From: an uncultured Planctomycetaceae bacterium
GTDB lineage: Bacteria > Planctomycetota > Phycisphaerae > SM23-33
Reading direction: 5' to 3'
NCBI GenBank assembly: GCA_964632015.1
Contig: CAZWAT010000001.1
Coordinates: 1,834 to 65,833, forward strand
Length of the DNA: 64,000 nt
Of this stretch, positions 57,103-64,000 are shown piece after piece (positions within the stretch are counted from its first letter, which is position 1; every line of letters starts with the position of its first letter). A program made the position numbers and the translations under genes. The notes beneath the pieces were generated by a model. It worked only from the letters and a program-made list of their open reading frames with translations. It did not search any database and was not told the DNA's origin.

Positions 57103-58434
57103 CTACTTCGTTACCTTCACATCCTCGCCGAAAAGTTCAAGCTCCCTTAGTCGATTGGCCGGTAACTCGGCATCAATGATCGCTGTGGTATCGACATAAT
57201 CCTGCGATTTTACCTGGGCGTGCTGGCTGATGAACTGCATCAACCTGCCGTTGGCGCAATTGGCTTCGATGTGCACATGCATCGCCCTGCCACCGCTGCG
57301 GTCAAGCACCGTCTCGACCACATTCTCGATACCCCTGCCCGTGCGGGCGGAGATCATGAGCGCGTTGGGGTATTTTTTGCGCAGAACCGTGAACTTCAAA
57401 GGGTCGTCGATCTTGTCCACCTTGTTGAGCACAAGCAGCGTGTCGGACTCTTCGCAGCCGAGCTCCGACAGCACCTTCGCGACGGATGAAATCTCCTGGT
57501 CGACCCGTTCATGCGATGCGTCGGCGACATGGATGAGCAGATCCGCCCAGATTGCCTCTTCGAGAGTCGCGCGGAAGCTGGCGACAAGATGGTGGGGCAG
57601 GTCGCGCACAAAGCCTACCGTGTCGCTGAGCAGAACGGTCTGCCCCTCCGATAGATTCCACCTGCTGGTCTTGGTATCGAGCGTCGCGAAGAGCTTGTCA
57701 GCGACATAGACATCCGCCCCCGTCAGAAGTTTCATCAGCGTGCTCTTGCCCGCGTTCGTGTAGCCCACAAGGCAGACGCTGAACACGTCGCGCCTGCTTC
57801 TGACCTGACGCACCTTTCTGTTGTCTATCTCGGCAAGCTCTCTTTTCAGCACAGACACGCGTTTTTGGACTAGTCGCCTGTCTATTTCAAGCTGCTTTTC
57901 GCCCGGCCCCCTGGTGCCGATGCCTCCAACCGCCCCCGCGCCGGTGGCTGCACCACCCGCAACGCGTTCAAGGTGGGTCCACATATGTCTCAGACGAGGG
58001 TATGTGTATTCAAGTTGAGCCAGCTCAACCTGAAGCCGACTTTCGTTCGTGCGGGCGTGGGCGGCGAAGATATCAAGAATCAACTCGCTTCTGTCAACAA
58101 CCTTGCGTTTGACAACCTGTTCAAGCTCGCGGATCTGCCCCGGAGACAAGTCGTTGTCGAAAATGATCACATCAATTTCGTTCATCTCCACACGCTGCGC
58201 GAGCTCTTGTGCCTTCCCGCTGCCGATGTACATGGCGGGGCTGGGGCGATCGCGCTTAGCGAGCATTTCATCCACAACGACCGCGCCGGCGGTCTTGGCA
58301 AGATTTCTCAGCTCCCCAAGCGGGTCGTCGGGGTCCGAGTTCGAATCCGGAAGCTGCACCGTCATCAGCAGCGCCCGCTCGGCCTGAACGGAAAGATTGG
58401 TTCGTTTGGGTTCAGCCATGTGCCTCCAATACAT
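57103..58434 (-). CDS. hflX: GTPase HflX
   Basis: HflX N-terminal domain plus G1 VGYTNAGKSTL, G3 DTVGF and G4 NKVD motifs. Confidence 0.85.
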   Translation of the reverse strand: MYWRHMAEPKRTNLSVQAERALLMTVQLPDSNSDPDDPLGELRNLAKTAGAVVVDEMLAKRDRPSPAMYIGSGKAQELAQRVEMNEIDVIIFDNDLSPGQIRELEQVVKRKVVDRSELILDIFAAHARTNESRLQVELAQLEYTYPRLRHMWTHLERVAGGAATGAGAVGGIGTRGPGEKQLEIDRRLVQKRVSVLKRELAEIDNRKVRQVRSRRDVFSVCLVGYTNAGKSTLMKLLTGADVYVADKLFATLDTKTSRWNLSEGQTVLLSDTVGFVRDLPHHLVASFRATLEEAIWADLLIHVADASHERVDQEISSVAKVLSELGCEESDTLLVLNKVDKIDDPLKFTVLRKKYPNALMISARTGRGIENVVETVLDRSGGRAMHVHIEANCANGRLMQFISQHAQVKSQDYVDTTAIIDAELPANRLRELELFGEDVKVTK

Positions 58435-58515
58435 CCAAAAATGAGAGTTATTTCACTATACACAACCAAAAGGCCCTGTCCACCGTCGCCGGTTCGACAG
58501 GGCGGCGATATGACA

Positions 58516-59871
58516 TTATTGCGGGTTGTCCCGAGGTTCGAGCCTGAAAAAGATCTTCGGCAACGGCCCCACAACCTCAGCCGAGACCGGCTGGTTGACC
58601 CGGACTTCCACCTGGCGCTCAAGCCAGCTTTCTGTGGGGCTTCTGTCAAGATCGGTCAGGACGATATACGCCTCGACGTGCTGGGCCTGAAGTTTGTCGA
58701 GATCACTCTTGGGGCCTTTGAACGTAATTTCCTTGCGCCAGTCGGCTGGGTCTCGTCGACGCAGGACGTATCGCTCCCACGTGCCGTCCTCGGGCCAGGA
58801 TTGGGGCGTCAGCAGTCGAACCGGAATCGTCAATGTTCTTTCACCAGTCAGTTGAGCTATCTTGCCCGCCACTTCCACGGTCGGCTGCTGGGGTCTGACC
58901 GGAATACCTCCGATCATCGTCTGAAGCTGCACCGGGCCGGGCGGCTCGAATGAACGCAGATCGACATTGACCGTATCGAGCACTATCCTGGGCTGGGCTC
59001 GTAGAGATTCCTCGTTTGACCGTGCGACGGCAACGCTGACCTTGGACGGTATTACCTGTGGATCTTCAAGCGTCGCCCCGCTGGATACCAGTTTGACTTC
59101 CACATCATTCACGGTGACAGATCGGTCAAGCTCCAGTCGGACTTCCTCGGGATACGCCGACGTCAGCGTCAGATTGCTCCTGCTGAACGCGGAACTTGAG
59201 CGAAGAAGCTCCTGTGTGGCAACTACGTTGGCGCCCTCGCCGAATCTACCCACGTCCACAACTATGTCAGTGCCCACGCGGGAAAGACTGGCAAGGCCTT
59301 CCCTAGGCCCCTCAGCAGTGAAGGTCACGTCAACCTCCCGCCGGTGCAGGGCGCCCTGGCGATCGGCAAAGACAAGGTCGCCACCCTCTGGAGTTGTAAG
59401 CACCAACCTTCCCCGGAACTCCTGCGTGGGTTTGACGAGCACGCTTCGCACGAACCTGGGGGCGATGCTGCTGATGCTCAGCCCATTTTTCAAAAGATTG
59501 GTGCGGGCTTCGAGTATCTCGGACAACTGGAACGTGTTTTCACCCAGTCGCCCCTGCGAGACATCGAACTCCACAAGCCACCCCGCGTCGCCAAGCTCTC
59601 TACTGAACCGCTCGATGCTGCTGTTGCTGCCCCGCACGGTAAATTTCACTTCATACTCGTGACCATCACCTTCAAGCTGAATCTGCCCCGAATTGCCCGT
59701 AGTAAGGCGAACACGAATGGTTATGTCTTTGCTTTCAGTCTTTTCAAGGTCGGCGTATACCCATATCAGAAGCGTGACCACAAGCACCCAAACAAATGTC
59801 TTCGAGCCCGAAAGCCACCATTCTCGCGAGAACCGCGGAGGAGAATCCACAAGCGCCAGGCGTTTGCTCAT
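58516..59871 (-). CDS. cdaR: YbbR-domain protein CdaR (diadenylate cyclase regulator)
   Basis: N-terminal TM (FVWVLVVTLLIWVYA) followed by repeated YbbR-like beta-rich modules. It overlaps cdaA by 4 nt. Confidence 0.65.
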   Translation of the reverse strand: MSKRLALVDSPPRFSREWWLSGSKTFVWVLVVTLLIWVYADLEKTESKDITIRVRLTTGNSGQIQLEGDGHEYEVKFTVRGSNSSIERFSRELGDAGWLVEFDVSQGRLGENTFQLSEILEARTNLLKNGLSISSIAPRFVRSVLVKPTQEFRGRLVLTTPEGGDLVFADRQGALHRREVDVTFTAEGPREGLASLSRVGTDIVVDVGRFGEGANVVATQELLRSSSAFSRSNLTLTSAYPEEVRLELDRSVTVNDVEVKLVSSGATLEDPQVIPSKVSVAVARSNEESLRAQPRIVLDTVNVDLRSFEPPGPVQLQTMIGGIPVRPQQPTVEVAGKIAQLTGERTLTIPVRLLTPQSWPEDGTWERYVLRRRDPADWRKEITFKGPKSDLDKLQAQHVEAYIVLTDLDRSPTESWLERQVEVRVNQPVSAEVVGPLPKIFFRLEPRDNPQ

Positions 59872-60722
59872 GACTTCTTCTCCTCTTTGCGTCGCCGAAT
59901 GGGTCTGTGGTTGTGCGAAGTAAGCAGGTCGATGAGCATCTGTCGCAGGTTGTCCATCTCCAACCCAAGGTAGAGCTGACCTTCATACGCCATGGAAACC
60001 CGCCCCGTCTCTTCGCTGACCACGACAACAACCGCGTCGCTGTCCTGTGCCAATCCCAACGCGGCCCTGTGTCTGCTTCCCAACGAGGGATCAACTTCAT
60101 CGCTCTCGGCAAGGGGGAACTGGCAACCGGCAGCCGCGAGCCTTCCCTCCCTGATAACCACGCCCATATCGTGAAGAGCGCTTCCAGGATAAAACACCGT
60201 GTTCAACAGCGACCCCGACAGCCGGGCGTCCATTATGGTTCCAGTCTCCATAAGCGAACCTAGCTGAACCGAACGCTCGACGGCTACCACGGCGCCTATT
60301 TTGTTGCGTGAAAGATATGCGACGCTTTCCATCAATGAATCCACTACAGCCTGAACCTGTCCCCTGCTTCCGCGAAAGAGCCTTGGCTGACCGAGTTGCA
60401 TCAGTGCGCGCCTCAGCTCCGGCTGGAACGCCACCACGGTGGCAACGAATGCGAAAAACAGAAACCGCCCATACAGAAATTCGATTCTCGTCCACTCGTC
60501 GCTTTTGGGTAGTAACCTGACGGTCAGGTAAACCAGCGCCAATACCAGCCCCGCACCCTTTACGAGCCTCGCACCCCGCGTGCCTTTCAGGAAGCGCATA
60601 GCCAACCATACCACCACGCCTATGAGAAACAGTTGAATCACTGTCACCAAGGGATCGTATGTGGCAAACCTGGCGAGATAGATCATCACGCCTTCAAGCA
60701 ATCCTGATAGCAACTTACCCAT
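59868..60722 (-). CDS. cdaA: Diadenylate cyclase CdaA (DisA_N domain, membrane-anchored)
   Basis: Three N-terminal TM helices, then DAC motifs MDARLSGSLLNTVF...HDMGVVI and LGSRHRAALGLAQDSDAVVVVVSEETGRVS. Confidence 0.8.
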   Translation of the reverse strand: MGKLLSGLLEGVMIYLARFATYDPLVTVIQLFLIGVVVWLAMRFLKGTRGARLVKGAGLVLALVYLTVRLLPKSDEWTRIEFLYGRFLFFAFVATVVAFQPELRRALMQLGQPRLFRGSRGQVQAVVDSLMESVAYLSRNKIGAVVAVERSVQLGSLMETGTIMDARLSGSLLNTVFYPGSALHDMGVVIREGRLAAAGCQFPLAESDEVDPSLGSRHRAALGLAQDSDAVVVVVSEETGRVSMAYEGQLYLGLEMDNLRQMLIDLLTSHNHRPIRRRKEEKKS

Positions 60723-60831
60723 GCGTCACCGGTTTAACCGCTTATTATACTACATAACATCGGCAACGGATCGCTTGTGACACTAGCCCCCGTGCAAGAA
60801 AATTTGCGTAACTTGAGAAAAAATGAGTAAT

Positions 60832-61677
60832 TTAACGAATTCGCTTCTGTGCGATCGCCTCGCACACCGCAAAAGCCCCCGCTACTTCATCCACATCATG
60901 AACCCTGAAGATGTTCGCCCCGCGATTCCATGAATCGATGCAGGCAGCCACTGTACCACACAGTCGCTGCTCTGGTTCGCTTTTGCCGGTGAGCGTCCCG
61001 ATGAACCGCTTGCGGGAAACACCCACCATCACCGCAACGCCTATGTTGCGGAATCTGTCCATATTTGCCAGAAGAGTCAGGTTGTGCTCGATGGTCTTTC
61101 CAAACCCGATGCCCGGATCGACAATGCACTTTTCGGGCTCGATACCGGAATCCTGGGCCGCGCGGACCCGCTCACGCAGAAACTCGCCAACCTCCTCCAC
61201 CACATCATCGTACACCGGCGATTGCTGCATTGTGGCCGGGTCGCCCAGCATGTGCATCAACGCGATTGCCGAGCCTGTGGTAGCGGCGAGGGTAAGCATG
61301 CGCGGGTCTTCCCGCCCGGCGGAAACATCATTGATAATGCTCGCGCCGTGGGAAATTGCGAACTCGGCGACATCGGCGCTGGTGGTGTCTATGCTCACTA
61401 CGGCGTCAATATCCACAAGGGCGGGCAGGACGCCGCTCAACCGACGGATCTGCTCCTGTGGTTCGACCCTGCTTGATCGGGGCCTGGTGGATTCTGCACC
61501 GATATCTATGATGGCAGCCCCCTCTCGGGCCATTGTGTAAGCGTGCTCGATAGCTTGGGCGGCGTCAAAAAACCTTCCACCATCGCTGAAACTGTCAGGA
61601 GTGACATTGAGAATGCCCATCACGATGGGTTCGCCCCGAAGGATAGACGCCAGCAGGGTGTCAAATTTCTTCATCAA
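60832..61677 (-). CDS. folP: Dihydropteroate synthase
   Basis: GILNVTPDSFSDGGRF and the DIGAESTRP region are characteristic of the pterin-binding DHPS fold. Confidence 0.85.
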   Translation of the reverse strand: MMKKFDTLLASILRGEPIVMGILNVTPDSFSDGGRFFDAAQAIEHAYTMAREGAAIIDIGAESTRPRSSRVEPQEQIRRLSGVLPALVDIDAVVSIDTTSADVAEFAISHGASIINDVSAGREDPRMLTLAATTGSAIALMHMLGDPATMQQSPVYDDVVEEVGEFLRERVRAAQDSGIEPEKCIVDPGIGFGKTIEHNLTLLANMDRFRNIGVAVMVGVSRKRFIGTLTGKSEPEQRLCGTVAACIDSWNRGANIFRVHDVDEVAGAFAVCEAIAQKRIR

Positions 61678-61741
61678 GGCATTTTACATCGGCGTCGATC
61701 CAGTGCAACATGACGATCATATCTCACCGACAATAACAGCA

Positions 61742-63187
61742 TCACGCCTGCTCTTCGGGCTCCTCAACGATAGCATGCACGGGCGAGTGCTTTCGCGAGG
61801 GCAGTTGCTCCCTGAAGATCGACCATCCTCTGCTCAGTACATACGCCAGGCCACAGACCCACATGGCAGGCAAAAGAATATTGAAACCGGCGGTCATCTC
61901 AAGCACGATTATCAACGTGCTTATGGGTGTGTTGGCAGCAGCAGTGAAGAAACCCGCCATTCCAAGTATCACGAAAACGTCCACCCGGTCGGCAACCTGA
62001 GGCATGAAGGAATGAAAGAATATTCCAATCGCGCCGCCAAGACATCCCCCAATGACCATGCTCGGGCCAAAGACTCCACCAGAGCCACCCGAACCAATTG
62101 TCAGGCTGGTAGTGAGTATCTTTCCAAGCCCCACCACCAGAAGCACAACCGCAGCCATGGAGGTGAGCTCGGTCTTTCCGTCGAAGACGTTCTGCAGAAT
62201 GCCGTACCCAAACGAAAGCACCGCAAGTACGCCTTTCTGGGAATCGGCCCCCATTGGGCTCATCGCGGCGTACAGGCAAAAGCCCACAAGTCCCGTCGCC
62301 ACCGCACCAATTGCGGGCTTAAGCTTTTGGGGAATGCCCAGACGCTTGAACAGAGCAGTTATGCCGTAGAAGCATTTCACATACGCGAGTGACGCGATGC
62401 TCATCAGCGCCGCAAGAATAGTCAAAGGCCCCAGCAGAACCGGGTCGCTGAAGCTCATCTCCGGAACGCGGAACAATGGCGTGAAACCCATTATCATCGA
62501 GAAAACGATGTAGGCTGCGGTGCTTGAGAAGAAAGCGGGGATCATCGATTCGGTTTCGAAATCGGAGTCGCTATACAGCACCTCGGAGGCGAAAATCGCC
62601 CCTGCAAGCGGAGCATGAAATATCGCGCCGACTCCAGCGCCAAGCCCACCGGCCATGATGATGCGACATTCATTGTCGTCCAAGTTCAGCTTATTGCCAA
62701 TGAACGATCCGAACCCGGCCCCGATCTGCGCGATGGGCCCTTCCCGCCCGCCAGACCCGCCGGTTCCGATAGTAAGGGCCGACGCGAAGAGCTTGATAAT
62801 CGGCACGCGCGGGCGAATCCGGCCTCGGTTCCTGTGATAGGCTTTGATGGCGGCGTCGGTACCATGTCCCTCTGCCTCGGGGGCAAAGGTGTACACCAAA
62901 AACCCGCTGATCAACCCTCCGATGATCGGAACCAATATCAACAACCAGGGTCTGAACGTCTGCGCAGTGGGGGCCAGGACATGTAATGCTTGTTCCTCGC
63001 CAAGAGGCCCGCCTGGACGATACCCCGCAATAGCATCCAATGTAAAATGCGATACCGCCTCACCTAACAGGTTAAACGCTATCGCACCGAAACCAGCGAT
63101 AATACCAACCAATATGGACAAAGGAACAAGTCTGCTCAAGCTTTCGTAACCTGAGCCGCTCTGATGGTTCAAAGGCAACTTGCTCAT
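61742..63187 (-). CDS. ClC-family anion channel / H+-coupled antiporter homolog
   Basis: ATG at 63187; the ORF-track start at 63214 is GTG. GREGP gating-glutamate motif, ASEVL (E203-equivalent) and EMTAGF near the C-terminus. The GSGIP serine motif is replaced by AEGHGT. Confidence 0.75.
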   Translation of the reverse strand: MSKLPLNHQSGSGYESLSRLVPLSILVGIIAGFGAIAFNLLGEAVSHFTLDAIAGYRPGGPLGEEQALHVLAPTAQTFRPWLLILVPIIGGLISGFLVYTFAPEAEGHGTDAAIKAYHRNRGRIRPRVPIIKLFASALTIGTGGSGGREGPIAQIGAGFGSFIGNKLNLDDNECRIIMAGGLGAGVGAIFHAPLAGAIFASEVLYSDSDFETESMIPAFFSSTAAYIVFSMIMGFTPLFRVPEMSFSDPVLLGPLTILAALMSIASLAYVKCFYGITALFKRLGIPQKLKPAIGAVATGLVGFCLYAAMSPMGADSQKGVLAVLSFGYGILQNVFDGKTELTSMAAVVLLVVGLGKILTTSLTIGSGGSGGVFGPSMVIGGCLGGAIGIFFHSFMPQVADRVDVFVILGMAGFFTAAANTPISTLIIVLEMTAGFNILLPAMWVCGLAYVLSRGWSIFREQLPSRKHSPVHAIVEEPEEQA

Positions 63188-63377
63188 GATTGTTTGCCCG
63201 AAATCAACGGGCACAGATCAACATATTCGTTATACGAACGCGAGGCAAGAAAGAAAACGAGTGGCTCGATTTTCTTCACGCGCACCGTCCCCGAGATGAG
63301 CCCCAACGCCCCGCCGGGTCGCACCCAGAGGTCTTCACGATCGCATCAACCCTGCATCCATAATCCCGGCGATGCTG

Positions 63378-63920
63378 CTATTTCTTAAGCCTGTCGAGTA
63401 ATCCACCCAGCGGTGGCTTCTCCGCGGGCTGGGTTGACGGGCTCGTGGTGGCGGTTCGGCTGCGAAGACTCTCGGTGATAAGCTCCGTGCCCATTCTCAC
63501 CACGCCTGTCTTTGCGCTTTCAATCAGTGCATTGAGCATCGTCTTGTCATCTATCACAAGTCGGGGGCGATGAGGAATGCCTTCGAGCCTGACGGCAAAA
63601 CTGAGATCGCGGGCCTGATCGAGCATCTGCTTGCTTCTCTCGGCGTCCATTCCAAGAACGCCTTTGCCGTCGGAGGAGACAATCTCAAGATCGCTCGCGC
63701 TGATAAGGACTGGCATGTCGAGCATGTCCGGGGTGAATCTGCCGTCAACCTGAACATGCGCCTTACCCTGTTCAACCTTCACTCGTGACTTGTTTCCAAG
63801 CATGCCCTTGACGTTGATATCCGGCACGTTGAGACGAAGCCTGTGCCCGTCGGAATCATCGGTGAAGGCGAACACCAGCTCGACGAGCAGATCCTTGTCG
63901 CTCTGGAGCCTGATCATCAT
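63378..63920 (-). CDS. Hypothetical protein
   Basis: 180-aa ORF with a Ser/Thr/Pro-rich C-terminal tail and no recognisable motif. Confidence 0.35.
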   Translation of the reverse strand: MMIRLQSDKDLLVELVFAFTDDSDGHRLRLNVPDINVKGMLGNKSRVKVEQGKAHVQVDGRFTPDMLDMPVLISASDLEIVSSDGKGVLGMDAERSKQMLDQARDLSFAVRLEGIPHRPRLVIDDKTMLNALIESAKTGVVRMGTELITESLRSRTATTSPSTQPAEKPPLGGLLDRLKK

Positions 63921-64000
63921 TGGCTTTCCGTTGCGGTCAGGATGACTAGAGACCTCCTCGCCCTGAATGGAATACAGCGTATTGTTGTCGGGACGGGTAA

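Noticed and set aside
63215-63377. Fluoride riboswitch upstream of the ClC gene.
   Set aside because: The reverse-complemented leader lacks the conserved GATGG...CTGATGA elements of the crcB motif. Only a short palindrome, TTCGT-TAT-ACGAA, is present.
1-64000. CRISPR arrays, IS elements and other tandem repeats.
   Set aside because: No spaced direct repeats, transposase-like ORFs or terminal inverted repeats are detectable by eye anywhere in the window.

Overview
This 64 kb window is high-GC (about 58%), gene-dense chromosomal DNA from a Gram-negative bacterium. LPS core, lipid A, AsmA-like and outer-membrane-protein genes indicate a diderm. The Chlamydia/Bacteroidetes-style V-type ATPase operon, three Gfo/Idh/MocA oxidoreductases, a BatA-type vWA protein and a GH57/GT4 pair suggest, tentatively, a PVC-superphylum or related lineage. 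I found no rRNA, CRISPR array, transposase, integrase or prophage signal.

Main blocks in order:
- LPS kinase fragment, GT9 heptosyltransferase and DUF2062.
- CBS protein and an orphan MoxR ATPase.
- A GspE/PilB-family protein fused to an N-terminal HTH, with degenerate Walker motifs.
- A complete 7-gene V-type ATPase operon on the minus strand (E, DUF2764, A, B, D, I, K; no C or F subunits), with a Na+-type proteolipid signature.
- GH57 plus GT4 alpha-glucan genes, then pyrD and aroB.
- Two hypotheticals and tRNA-Val(UAC).
- A BatA-like vWA giant protein, a REC+HD-GYP response regulator, and TetR plus an RND pump lacking an outer-membrane factor.
- A probable sigma54 promoter driving amt-glnK, followed by two paralogous outer-membrane beta-barrel genes.
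- DUF378, a PAP2 lipoprotein, LpxL-type acyltransferase, YhaM-like RNase, GNAT, HI0933 flavoprotein and a 1191-aa AsmA/TamB-like protein.
- A GntR(HutC)-nagA-nagB operon that also carries a neutral-ceramidase-family amidase and an FGGY sugar kinase.
- Divergent from it, a DeoR, class-III aminotransferase and Gfo/Idh/MocA operon.
- hflX, cdaR-cdaA (c-di-AMP), folP and a ClC-type channel.

Four things are most worth following up: the HTH-pseudo-GspE fusion, the ceramidase-family enzyme inside the amino-sugar operon, the amt-glnK-linked OMP paralog pair, and the C/F-less DUF2764-containing V-ATPase. Every call comes from reading motifs in the supplied translations and sequence; no database search was possible.
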